Of a stretch of DNA of 64,000 bases, positions 1 through 8,608 are shown in pieces (within the stretch, counting starts at the first letter, position 1; each line of letters starts with the position of its first letter). The notes beneath the pieces were generated by a model. That model had not been told where the DNA came from. It saw only the letters and a program-made list of their open reading frames with translations, and searched no databases. The position numbers and the translations under genes were made by a program. Origin of the DNA: an uncultured Candidatus Bathyarchaeia archaeon (GTDB taxonomy: Archaea; Thermoproteota; Bathyarchaeia; Bathyarchaeales; DTEX01); assembly GCA_964465575.1 (NCBI GenBank), contig CAYXIF010000004.1, forward strand, positions 12,212 to 76,211, in the 5' to 3' direction.

Positions 1-529
1 CCTGTCTATATCGCAACACCAGAGAGGCAAATACGGTGCCCAACTGAGCCAATGAAGCCACTGAAACTAGTGTCGCTACGAGTCCTAGGAGCAGTCCCTC
101 CATCGTTATCGTCTCCTTGGTGAACCATAAGCCAACGCTCAACATTGGCGCAAAGAAGAGTATTGACAGAATGGCTGAAGCAGCAATGTTGCTCGTCACA
201 TACCAGTAGCGTGAGAAGGGGCAGCTAAACGTGTAGTCAATCTGGCCTGTGCTGAGTTCGCCCTGGAACCTGCCCGCTGCGTTCCAGAGCGCGATGCCTT
301 GCCAGCTCTGGAAACTCAGTCCTAACGTGACAAAGGCTACGTAGTTAGTTGAACCAACAGTCTGGCCAAGGACAGAAACGTCGAACGCGACCGCGAATAC
401 GAGCATTCCGAAGGCGAAGAGCAAGCTCGTCAAAATTTCAAATACGAAGTTGGCCTTGTACCGGGTCAAGGTAAGTATCTCTCGCCAAACAGCCATATAG
501 AAGAGTTTCAGAGGACTTGCCATTTTCAT
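1..529 (-). CDS. ABC-2 type transporter permease, partial (C-terminus runs off the window start)
   Basis: Not in ORF track (no stop in window). Own minus-strand translation from ATG at 529: MKMASPLKLFYMAVWREILTLTRYKANFVFEILTSLLFAFGMLVFAVAF..., hydrophobic multi-TM. Start overlaps the stop of the upstream ATPase gene (ATGA at 526-529). Confidence 0.6.
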   Translation of the reverse strand, partial: MKMASPLKLFYMAVWREILTLTRYKANFVFEILTSLLFAFGMLVFAVAFDVSVLGQTVGSTNYVAFVTLGLSFQSWQGIALWNAAGRFQGELSTGQIDYTFSCPFSRYWYVTSNIAASAILSILFFAPMLSVGLWFTKETITMEGLLLGLVATLVSVASLAQLGTVFASLVLRYRQ

Positions 530-1485
530 CTCGCCTCATCGTTCTCTAGGAAGAATGCAAACGCGTCCTCAAGTGAAGGTTCAACCATCCTCACAGGGAC
601 TTTCAGGCCCTCGCTACTGAGTACAGCCAGTACCTCGCTGAGAGCTTTGAAGGCGTCATCGCAGTAGAGCCTGACATTCGGCTCATTTGTCATGTTGCTG
701 ATGCCTTCTATCTTGAGAAGCTTCGATTCCACGTTTCCGTCCAGCTTAGGAACGCCGATCTCTATTATCTCTTTGACTGTAACTCGTTTCTTGAATTCCG
801 ATGGCGTCCCAAGGAACTGGAGCCTTCCGTGGTTGATGAAAGCCAGTCTGTCACAGGACTCCTCGGCTTCTTTCATGTTGTGTGTTGTGAGTAACATCGT
901 CATACCGTGTTCCTGAGCGTAGGACTTGAGGAAGGTCCTAACGTTACGAGCCGTAACCGGATCAAGGCTCTTCGACGGCTCATCCAAGAAGCAAACTTCA
1001 GGATCATGCATGATCGCCCTCATAACAATGACAAGCTGTTTCTCGCCGCCCGAGAGTGCAATGAAATGCCTGTCCAGTCTGTCGGAAAAGCCGATCGCTG
1101 AAGCTACGAGACTGATCCTTTCCTTGACCGCGTCTATTGGCACATCTCGCAAGGCATGCGCGAAGTAGACGAGGTTCTCGCGAACAGAAAGTCTAAAGTA
1201 AGCAGACCTTTCCGAGTCTTGCCCCGCGTAGCCTATGATGCTACGGACTTTTCCTTCTTCCTTGTCGATGTCATACCCGCCCACTTGTGCGGTTCCCGAG
1301 GTAGCCTTAAGAAGAGTTGCCATTATCTTCACGAGGGTTGTCTTGCCAGCTCCGTTGGGTCCTAGAAGACCAAAGACTTCTCGCTTGGCAACCGAGAAAC
1401 TCACGTCGTCAAGAGCTTTGACTGCCTTGGCGCCTCCGTATTCCTTAGCTAGGTTCTGGCAGACTATAGCGTCTCCTAAACCCAT
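526..1485 (-). CDS. ABC transporter ATP-binding protein
   Basis: Walker A GPNGAGKTT, ABC signature LSGGEKQ, Walker B CFLDEPSKSLD in the 319-aa translation. Translationally coupled to the downstream permease. Confidence 0.9.
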   Translation of the reverse strand: MGLGDAIVCQNLAKEYGGAKAVKALDDVSFSVAKREVFGLLGPNGAGKTTLVKIMATLLKATSGTAQVGGYDIDKEEGKVRSIIGYAGQDSERSAYFRLSVRENLVYFAHALRDVPIDAVKERISLVASAIGFSDRLDRHFIALSGGEKQLVIVMRAIMHDPEVCFLDEPSKSLDPVTARNVRTFLKSYAQEHGMTMLLTTHNMKEAEESCDRLAFINHGRLQFLGTPSEFKKRVTVKEIIEIGVPKLDGNVESKLLKIEGISNMTNEPNVRLYCDDAFKALSEVLAVLSSEGLKVPVRMVEPSLEDAFAFFLENDEAR

Positions 1486-1540
1486 GACTCATCGTCGAAC
1501 TATAGGTGCTGAACACATCAGTTTAAGGTTATGGATAAAA

Positions 1541-1560
1541 GTGACCAAGTTGATGGTCAC
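1541..1560. promoter_or_regulatory. Inverted repeat GTGACCA-N6-TGGTCAC in divergent intergenic region
   Basis: Read directly: gtgaccaagttgatggtcac, perfect 7-bp arms, between the ABC operon (minus) and the sugar isomerase gene (plus). A TATA-like ttttaaatag lies at about 1655-1664. Confidence 0.35.
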
Positions 1561-1688
1561 CGCAGCCTTTCCGACGGCAAGAGTGGGGTGCTGAACGTCC
1601 ATGAGCGGAACGATGTGAGCTCCTAGCGATCTTGTGAACTTGCTGTAAGCTGGTTTTAAATAGTGAGGGAACATGAGATTGCTCTAAG

Positions 1689-2456
1689 GTGATAAATGTG
1701 GGCAAGCTCAAAGTTGGAGCTCAACTTATAATTTGGGGGAAAAGGATCAGCACAGACATTGAAGGCGTGCTCGATGAGGTCGCGTCCTTAGCATACGAAG
1801 GCGTAGAGACGGGGCCAGTCGCTTTTGAGAATATCGCAGACCCGAAGAAAGCTCTTGCTTCACGCAGACTCAGCCTCGCAGGTCTGCATATGGGCGTGAC
1901 CGCAGCTGACACCGCAGCCACGGACAAGGCTTTAGGCATCCTGAACAAGACTGACGGGCGCTACCTCCTTTTCAGCGGCGCCGGAGGCAAGGAGAACTCT
2001 GACACCGAGTACTTGCAGAACTCCAAGAAGCTTGAGGAGTTTGGGAAACGAGCCCTGAAACGCGGTGTTAAAGTCTGTTACCACAACCATTGGCAGGAGA
2101 TTGTTAACAACGCCCGTGGGATCCAGGTAATCCTCGAAAACACGAATCCAGAGCATGTCGCGCTCTGCGTCGACACCTACTGGGTCAAGTGCGGCGGATT
2201 GTCGCCAGTCGAGTTTATTAGAGAGCATGAACCACGCGTCGCCTACCTTCACCTGAAGGATGGAACAGAAGAAGGCATCAGGAAGCACGAGTTCTCGGAG
2301 CTCGGACGAGGGATTATCGACTTCCCCGCCACTATGAAAGCAGTCAAAGGGCTAAACATCGAATGGGCGGTCGTCGAGCAAGATAGAACAAACCTACCGC
2401 CGAAAGAAAGCATGGCAGCAAGCAGAGAATACTTGAGAGAGAAGCTCAAGCTCTAA
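1689..2456 (+). CDS. Sugar phosphate isomerase/epimerase (xylose isomerase-like TIM barrel family)
   Basis: 255-aa translation with family-typical YHNHWQE, LHLKD and VVEQD segments. GTG start 25-34 nt after a TATA-like box. Confidence 0.7.
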   Translation: MINVGKLKVGAQLIIWGKRISTDIEGVLDEVASLAYEGVETGPVAFENIADPKKALASRRLSLAGLHMGVTAADTAATDKALGILNKTDGRYLLFSGAGGKENSDTEYLQNSKKLEEFGKRALKRGVKVCYHNHWQEIVNNARGIQVILENTNPEHVALCVDTYWVKCGGLSPVEFIREHEPRVAYLHLKDGTEEGIRKHEFSELGRGIIDFPATMKAVKGLNIEWAVVEQDRTNLPPKESMAASREYLREKLKL

Positions 2457-2553
2457 CCAGTCACCAAGGTCCCCATCGCAAGACTCGTTCTGCAGTTTGC
2501 ACCAGTGCAGTCTAGCCCAGATGGGTTGCTCATTCCTACTGGCAAGATAACTA

Positions 2554-3252
2554 TCAAGATGAGTATTGTGCCACTGCTGTCGCATGGGCCTTGTCATAAG
2601 GCTCAAGAAAGATGACTTCGGAGATCATGAATCCATTTTCCCGCAGAACGCCGATCTCCCGTCTATAGACTTCTGATGGCTCTTCTGTGACGTCGATGCT
2701 TCTCGCTTTCACCACGAGCATTGCCCAACCTTTCTTCCTAAGGAATAGCTCTGCGTTGCTGACGAGGATTCGAGCCTGTTCGGGTTGAGCGACGTCGCAG
2801 TACACAGCATCCACCTTCCCTACGAGCATCGAGTATTTTCTCGGGACCCTTGCATCAGCAAGTATTGGTGTCATGTTTGCACGGAACTTGCAGACGTTGT
2901 CTATGAGATCGCGAATAGATCGAGGCGAAAACTCCACGCAGTAAACAAGTCCTTGCTCGCCAACAATGTCGGAAACATGGCTAGCTGTCGTTCCAGAGGC
3001 TGCCCCGAGATACAGAACCTTGTAACCTAGTTGGATAGGGAGGTGCGTCAGCCCCTTCAAGACTGCAGCCGCGAGTTTACTTCGGAAGGGGTCCCAGAGC
3101 CTATACTCAACATCCTCGACATTGAGCAGCTGTTCCCCGTAGACGATTCTTCCGGGAGCGACGTTCTTGGTTGCGAGCCTTTGCGACCCGTCCTCAAACG
3201 TGACGCGGTAGACATCATCGAACTGGGGATGCCGTTCAACCCTTACGCCCAT
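2554..3252 (-). CDS. flpA: Fibrillarin (C/D box sRNP 2'-O-methyltransferase)
   Basis: YRLWDPFRSKLAAA and SAM-binding LYLGAASGTTASHVSDIV motifs. Immediately downstream of and overlapping Nop5, the canonical archaeal nop5-flpA operon. Confidence 0.95.
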   Translation of the reverse strand: MGVRVERHPQFDDVYRVTFEDGSQRLATKNVAPGRIVYGEQLLNVEDVEYRLWDPFRSKLAAAVLKGLTHLPIQLGYKVLYLGAASGTTASHVSDIVGEQGLVYCVEFSPRSIRDLIDNVCKFRANMTPILADARVPRKYSMLVGKVDAVYCDVAQPEQARILVSNAELFLRKKGWAMLVVKARSIDVTEEPSEVYRREIGVLRENGFMISEVIFLEPYDKAHATAVAQYSS

Positions 3253-4450
3253 ATTTCTTCCTTCTTCTATGAGATGACTTTAGTTGTGCCCTAGGCTTGG
3301 GTTCAGCATGCTTCTTCCACATTTCCTCAATTCGCTTCCGCAGGTCTTCTTTTAGTCTGTCGCCGACAAGGTTGCCGCTGAAGGCGTCGGTCCTTACCGC
3401 AATCGAAAGTTTGCCCGCTAAGGCTCTGGCGACCTTGCCTCTAAGCCAACGTTTAGAGCCATGGACAAGAGGATGCTGGAAGATTATGCCATGCTTAGGG
3501 GGACGAGCGCCTGTCGTCAACGATCTGAAAAGAGCTTTCTCTGCACCCAACACCTGTATCGTGCTCGCAGGCCTCTTGGCCAAGTTTCCTATTCCGCCTG
3601 CAATGGCTATCAGTCTTGCTCCCAACGTTGCTCCTGCCAGGGCACGTGTGTTAGGTGCAGCTTCCTTCATAACTTCATCGAGGTACATCTCCAGTTTGGA
3701 TCTTGCGCCATACAACTCCAGAGATTGTCCACACAAGATCTGGATCTGCTCCATGTCTACGTCGTAGAAGTCGGCGCCCATTGAGGTCCTCGCAGCTTTG
3801 GCGAGCTGCACCGCCTTGTTCTTCGGCACGTTCTGTTTCTCAATGTTCTCCTCTGTGAAACCGTCTTTCCTGCCGAGATCGCGAACGAGTCTGGCGTAGA
3901 TTTCATGTTTCTCAAGAAGCCTATCAAGCTCTGGGAAATGAAGACCATACCATTCGCGTATGCGACTCATCAACAGATTCAGGGTCTTGTCTAACTCATC
4001 CAGCGCTTGAACAGCCTGCACAATCAACACGTCCCTTTTCTCAGCTGCCCTTCGCACCTTGATCTTGGATATCTCCATCGAGACGTCATGGACCCACTTG
4101 CTCAATTCAAGAGCGGATTCAAGGAAACCTGCCTCAACAGCGTATCTCGCCAGATTCTCACGCAAGGCTTCGGCGAATCTCGAAGGCGCCTCAACCTCAG
4201 TAACTACTTTTAACTCCTTTCTGACAGCTTGGGCCATCTCTGGATTCTCAAACACGAAACTGCTGTAGCCTCTCTCTTCTAGGTTCTTGACCAGAACCAC
4301 AATCTCGTTGATAGCTCTCCCAGACTCGACTTCAATGAGTCTTTCAGCTACCTTCAAAGTATCCTTAGGAAACAGAATCTTCTCAACTAGCTTCCCGTCT
4401 TCGCCGAAGCTGAAGACTCCCACAACCGACGGGACGATGGTTGCTTTCAA
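3236..4450 (-). CDS. nop5: Nop56/58 (Nop5) C/D box sRNP core protein
   Basis: NOP-domain motifs VLGAEKALFR and PKHGIIFQHP, plus a basic C-terminal tail. 17-nt overlap with the flpA start. Confidence 0.95.
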   Translation of the reverse strand: MKATIVPSVVGVFSFGEDGKLVEKILFPKDTLKVAERLIEVESGRAINEIVVLVKNLEERGYSSFVFENPEMAQAVRKELKVVTEVEAPSRFAEALRENLARYAVEAGFLESALELSKWVHDVSMEISKIKVRRAAEKRDVLIVQAVQALDELDKTLNLLMSRIREWYGLHFPELDRLLEKHEIYARLVRDLGRKDGFTEENIEKQNVPKNKAVQLAKAARTSMGADFYDVDMEQIQILCGQSLELYGARSKLEMYLDEVMKEAAPNTRALAGATLGARLIAIAGGIGNLAKRPASTIQVLGAEKALFRSLTTGARPPKHGIIFQHPLVHGSKRWLRGKVARALAGKLSIAVRTDAFSGNLVGDRLKEDLRKRIEEMWKKHAEPKPRAQLKSSHRRRKKYGRKG

Positions 4451-4546
4451 AAACGTTCACCATGAACCTTCAAACACTATTGTCTCGCCTAGTGAATAAC
4501 CTTTTCCGTAGGGGGCTGGCGTTCCCCGGAAGGGGAGCTTTAAACG

Positions 4547-4554
4547 TTAATATA
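4547..4554 (+). promoter_or_regulatory. TATA-box-like element (ttaatata) upstream of pyrD
   Basis: AT-rich octamer 31 nt upstream of the ATG at 4585, in the nop5/pyrD divergent region. Confidence 0.45.
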
Positions 4555-4584
4555 CCCAGAGTTGGCAAGACTTCAGTGATTGTC

Positions 4585-5505
4585 ATGCAGGATTCGACTA
4601 GGCTTAGAGCAGAGATCGGGGGGTTAAGCCTCAGCAATCCCACAATTCTTTCTTCGGGAATCCTGGGTACGTCATCGGACTTGTTAAGGCGGGTAGCTCG
4701 AGCCGGAGCAGGCGCGGTCACCACAAAATCTGTCGGGCTGAAAGCTCGCAGGAGCTACCAAAACCCAACAGTAATCCAAGTTGAGGGTGGACTGCTCAAT
4801 GCTCTGGGGCTGCCGAATCCCGGCATTCACGAGTTCGCCGAAGAGATCAGAGAACTGCATGATCTTGAGGTTCCATTGATCGTCAGCATCTATGGCTTCT
4901 CTGCTGAGGAGTACGCTGAGGTTGCAGCCGTCGCAGCAGACTCAGGCGCTGATGCATTGGAGCTCAATCTCTCATGTCCGCACGTGAAGGGAGCGGGAGC
5001 TGAGATCGGACAGAACCCCCAGACGATAAGCGAAGTCACAGAGAAAGTGAAAGACACGGTGGACGGGCCTGTCTTCGTCAAGCTGACCCCCAACGTGACC
5101 GACATTACGACGCTGGCCAGAGCAGCAGCCATGGTCGGCGCAGACGCTATCACGGCCATTAACACGGTCAAGGCGATGGCAATAGACATCGAGACTGCGA
5201 AGCCGATTTTGGCAAATAAGATTGGCGGGCTTTCAGGCGGAGCCATAAAACCCATCGCCGTCAGGTGCGTGTACGAGATCTATGAGGCCACGGACATTCC
5301 AGTTATTGGATGTGGAGGGATTAGAACATGGAGAGACGCTGTCGAGTTCATGTTGGCCGGAGCTTCGGCAGTCCAGATTGGTTCAGCCATAGCTTTCGAG
5401 GACTTGGCAATCTTCAATACTGTAGCGAAAGGTGTCGACTCGTACCTTGAAGGCAAAGGGCACAAGAGCGTGAAAGAGATTGTCGGGCTGGCACATAGAA
5501 GCTGA
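4585..5505 (+). CDS. pyrD: Dihydroorotate dehydrogenase, class 1B catalytic subunit
   Basis: MQDSTRLRAEIGGLSLSNPTILSSG N-terminus and NLSCPHVKG active-site region. The ORF-track start (4441) overlaps nop5 and precedes the TATA box, so the internal ATG at 4585 is preferred. Confidence 0.9.
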   Translation: MQDSTRLRAEIGGLSLSNPTILSSGILGTSSDLLRRVARAGAGAVTTKSVGLKARRSYQNPTVIQVEGGLLNALGLPNPGIHEFAEEIRELHDLEVPLIVSIYGFSAEEYAEVAAVAADSGADALELNLSCPHVKGAGAEIGQNPQTISEVTEKVKDTVDGPVFVKLTPNVTDITTLARAAAMVGADAITAINTVKAMAIDIETAKPILANKIGGLSGGAIKPIAVRCVYEIYEATDIPVIGCGGIRTWRDAVEFMLAGASAVQIGSAIAFEDLAIFNTVAKGVDSYLEGKGHKSVKEIVGLAHRS

Positions 5506-5509
5506 CCAG

Positions 5510-6304
5510 ATGCGCATGATTCAGATCCAGAAGGTGAAGGCCGAGGCTCCCAAGGTCAAGACCTTCTCTTTTAGGGACGAGCTCTGTTCATCAGCCGAGC
5601 CCGGCCAGTTCATCATGGTCTGGATCCCAGGGGTGGACGAGATACCGCTGAGCATCTCTTCCACTAGCAACGAGTCGTCATCTGTGACTGTGAGAGAAGT
5701 CGGAGAAGCAACCCAAGCGCTGAACGGAATGAAGAACCGCGATGTGTTCGGTGTTCGAGGACCCTTCGGCAACCCCTTCAGGATTGAGGGCAAAGAAGCC
5801 TTGGTCGTCGGCGGAGGCATTGGAACGGCGCCTCTGATGATGTTGACTACGAGGCTCCTCGCTGAGAAGGTGAAAACTACTGTCGTGGAGGGAGCAAAGA
5901 CCTGTAGCGAGCTTCTCTTTGTAGACCAGCTGAGAAACCTTGCTGTTAAGGGAGTTGCTGAAGTGATCTTGGCAACAGATGATGGCAGTTGCGGAACCAA
6001 AGGACTGGCAACCGAAGTGGCGGAGAGGTTCCTTTCCTCAAGAAAGTTCGATATCATTTATGCTTGTGGAAGCGAGGCTATGATTCGCAGAATGTACCTT
6101 CTAGCCAAGAAGCACAATACTTCCTTACAGGTGAGCTTGGAACGCGTCATGTTGTGTGCTATGGGCATCTGCGGAAGCTGTGTCATAGGAAAGTATCGGG
6201 TCTGCAAAGACGGCCCGGTCTTCGATCAGACCTGGCTGAAAGAAGTCGAGAACGAACTTGGCAAGACCAAACGCGACTTCAACGGGGGTAAGGTTCCCGT
6301 CTAA
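5510..6304 (+). CDS. pyrK: Dihydroorotate dehydrogenase electron-transfer subunit (FAD / 2Fe-2S)
   Basis: Ferredoxin-reductase-like fold motifs (GGGIGTAP) and C-terminal Cys cluster CAMGICGSCVIGKYRVCKDGPVF. ATG lies 5 nt after the pyrD stop. Confidence 0.85.
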   Translation: MRMIQIQKVKAEAPKVKTFSFRDELCSSAEPGQFIMVWIPGVDEIPLSISSTSNESSSVTVREVGEATQALNGMKNRDVFGVRGPFGNPFRIEGKEALVVGGGIGTAPLMMLTTRLLAEKVKTTVVEGAKTCSELLFVDQLRNLAVKGVAEVILATDDGSCGTKGLATEVAERFLSSRKFDIIYACGSEAMIRRMYLLAKKHNTSLQVSLERVMLCAMGICGSCVIGKYRVCKDGPVFDQTWLKEVENELGKTKRDFNGGKVPV

Positions 6305-6717
6305 GCAGTGCTTTCGCTAGTCTTGGGTTTGCTTGCTTGGCCAGTTACTGGCTTTATCTTCTTCAGATAGTCCTCAACAGCTGCACGTAGCCCATCAGCA
6401 GCCAGATTCGAGCAGTGCATTTTCACCGGAGGCAGCCCGTCCAGATTGTCAGCGACATCAGCTCTCGTTATCTTCATCGCTTCTTCGAGAGTCTTTCCTT
6501 TTGCCAGCTCAGTTACCATGCTACTTGTGGCAATCGCGGCTCCGCAGCCGAACGTCTTGAACTTTATGTCCAATATGCGATTCTTTGTGACCTTAATGTA
6601 GATGGTCATGAGGTCGCCGCAAACAGGGTTGCCGACCGTGCCAATCCCGTCGGCGTCCGGAATTTCGCCCATGTTACGTGGGTTCCTAAAGTGCTCCAGA
6701 ACTCTCTCACTATACAT
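6301..6717 (-). CDS. iscU: Fe-S cluster scaffold protein IscU/NifU-like
   Basis: Three ligand cysteines in GNPVCGD, FGCGAAIA and HCSNLA contexts. Start overlaps the iscS-like stop. Confidence 0.9.
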   Translation of the reverse strand: MYSERVLEHFRNPRNMGEIPDADGIGTVGNPVCGDLMTIYIKVTKNRILDIKFKTFGCGAAIATSSMVTELAKGKTLEEAMKITRADVADNLDGLPPVKMHCSNLAADGLRAAVEDYLKKIKPVTGQASKPKTSESTA

Positions 6718-7895
6718 TATGCGATCAGCCCCTTCGGTGTCAACGGCGAGATCAACCTCAACCTCCTCACTATTCCAGGCAACAAGTCAGCCACGTAGTC
6801 AACGTCTTCCTTGGTGTTCCCCTTTCCAAGGGTGAAGAGGAGTGAGCCATGCGCTTCCTCATGCTTCAAACCTGTCGCCAAGAGAACGTGAGAAGGCTCC
6901 AAGGTCTTTGATGTGCACGCTGAACCAGAGGAGCAGGATACTCCTTCCATGTCTAAGCTGAGTATCAGAGACTCGCCTTCAATGTAGCTGAAACGGACGT
7001 TGACATTATTGGGCAGGCGTCTGCTCGGGTGACCGTTCAGGTACGATTCAGGGACTTTGTCGAGAATCACCCCGATGAACCTGTCCCTTAGCTTTGCCAA
7101 CCTGTCGGCTTCATATCCGATTTCAGATCCCGTGATCTCTGCTGCTCTGCCCATACCCACTATCCCTGGAAGGTTCTCGGTTCCGGACCTTAGGCCTCGT
7201 TCTTGCCCACCCCCATGAATTAGTGGTTGGATGGGGACACCAGTCTTGATGTAAAGGGCTCCTGTCCCTCTTGGACCGTACATGTCGTTTGACGAAAGAG
7301 TGAGTAGATCGATGTTCTCTCCCAGAACGTCTATGGGTATCTGACTTGCCGCTGCCACTGCGTCAACGTGAAAGAAAGCTCCTTGGTCGTGCGCTATTCT
7401 GCCGATCTCGGCTATCTGCTGGATTGTACCTATCTCACCGTTAGCATACGCGATAGACACTAGGATCGTCTTGCTAGTGATCTCTTGCTTCAAGGTTTGA
7501 AGGTCAATAGTCCCGTACTTGTCGACTGGTAGGTAGGCGATGTCGAAACCTTGCTTGCTAAGGTCCCTGCACGCGTTGATCACCGACATGTGCTCAATCG
7601 AGCTGGTGACTATCTTGTTTCCTCTTGACTTGTTCTTTTGGGCAACGCCTTTGATAGCCAGATTGTTGCTTTCTGTTCCCCCTGAGGTGAAGATGATCTC
7701 CTCTCTTCGTTCTGCCCCAACAAGGTTCGCTATTTTTGTGCGAGCTTCGAATATAGCCTTTCGCGCCTCATCGCCAAGGGAATGCGTGGAGGACGGATTA
7801 CCATGCTTCTCGGCAAAGTAGGGTATCATAGCTTCTACAACGCGTTCATCGATAGGCATTCCTGCTGCGTGATCCATGTAGACTCTTCGCATCAT
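6717..7895 (-). CDS. iscS: IscS/NifS-family protein lacking the PLP-binding lysine (SSND in place of SGHK)
   Basis: Class V aminotransferase fold. The catalytic-loop Cys is retained (SSGSACTSKTLEPSHVL), but the Schiff-base Lys position reads DLLTLSSNDMYGPRG. Preferred start is MMRRVYMDHAAG (ATG 7895) after a GGCGG-like RBS. Confidence 0.85.
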   Translation of the reverse strand: MMRRVYMDHAAGMPIDERVVEAMIPYFAEKHGNPSSTHSLGDEARKAIFEARTKIANLVGAERREEIIFTSGGTESNNLAIKGVAQKNKSRGNKIVTSSIEHMSVINACRDLSKQGFDIAYLPVDKYGTIDLQTLKQEITSKTILVSIAYANGEIGTIQQIAEIGRIAHDQGAFFHVDAVAAASQIPIDVLGENIDLLTLSSNDMYGPRGTGALYIKTGVPIQPLIHGGGQERGLRSGTENLPGIVGMGRAAEITGSEIGYEADRLAKLRDRFIGVILDKVPESYLNGHPSRRLPNNVNVRFSYIEGESLILSLDMEGVSCSSGSACTSKTLEPSHVLLATGLKHEEAHGSLLFTLGKGNTKEDVDYVADLLPGIVRRLRLISPLTPKGLIA

Positions 7896-7914
7896 AGAAC
7901 CGCCATCCGCACTG

Positions 7915-8289
7915 TCAGAAGCACAGGACAGCATCAGCGTCTAGGAGTCGGTCGTTCAGTGTCGCCGCGCCCACTATCTTGGAAGCTTCCACGAAGTCTC
8001 CCCGGGACAGTCCAAGAAGCATACAGCTTTGCTCGCAGACCTCAAGCCTAACTCCGGCTTTGACCGCTTGGTCCATAACCTCCTTCAGGGACGGAAAGTC
8101 TCCCAGCTTGATCTTCTCAGCTTCACCTTTCTTGACCAACGTCACCCCTTTAATGAGAAAGTATATCGTGGCATCAATCCCCATTGCGGTAGCAGTAGTA
8201 CCGAGTATGAAAGGCGCGTAAGCCCGCTCTGGCGTATCGACACCACTCGTCTGGACATAGAGTATCTTTTTTTGACTCAAATCCTTCAA
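7915..8289 (-). CDS. DsrE/TusD-family sulfur-relay protein
   Basis: 124 aa. N-terminal ILYVQTSGVDTPERAYAPFILG alpha/beta pattern typical of DsrE/DsrF-like proteins, and conserved Cys region VCEQSC. Adjacent to tusA. Confidence 0.7.
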   Translation of the reverse strand: MKDLSQKKILYVQTSGVDTPERAYAPFILGTTATAMGIDATIYFLIKGVTLVKKGEAEKIKLGDFPSLKEVMDQAVKAGVRLEVCEQSCMLLGLSRGDFVEASKIVGAATLNDRLLDADAVLCF

Positions 8290-8292
8290 TCC

Positions 8293-8535
8293 TCATTCAG
8301 CCTTTCTTATTAGAAACCTGAGATGACTTCCATTGTCTCTAAGCTCAACCAGCTCTTGCCCAGTCCGCCTAACCAGGCTCTTTATGTCCTCCTCTGCTGC
8401 TGGGTCATCCGCAAGAACCTCTAGAACTTCGCCGACGGCAATCTTGTCCAATTCCACACGAGTTCGGAAGACTGGTTCTGGACAGTATAGCCCTATGCAG
8501 TCTAGAGTGCGGTTGGGCCTAGGGTTTGAGGGCAT
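8293..8535 (-). CDS. tusA: TusA/SirA-family sulfurtransferase
   Basis: 80 aa with the diagnostic LDCIGLYCPEPV (CPxP) motif. Confidence 0.85.
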   Translation of the reverse strand: MPSNPRPNRTLDCIGLYCPEPVFRTRVELDKIAVGEVLEVLADDPAAEEDIKSLVRRTGQELVELRDNGSHLRFLIRKAE

Positions 8536-8554
8536 AGTTGTTCCTCGCTAAAGG

Positions 8555-8571
8555 ATATAACAGCGTTATAT
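8555..8571. promoter_or_regulatory. Palindrome ATATAAC-AGC-GTTATAT overlapping the TATA region of the tusA-dsrE-iscS-iscU operon
   Basis: Read directly (atataacagcgttatat). Centre is about 28 nt upstream of the tusA ATG. Shares the core ATAAC-N3-GTTAT with 9688-9702. Confidence 0.5.
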
Positions 8572-8608
8572 ATATGCCTTTCGATACCCTCCATGAAGAC
8601 TGAGCCTG

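Noticed and set aside
4441-4584. N-terminal 48-aa extension of the pyrD ORF.
   Set aside because: It overlaps the nop5 start and would place the start codon upstream of the TATA-like box at 4547-4554. The conserved PyrD sequence begins at the ATG at 4585.
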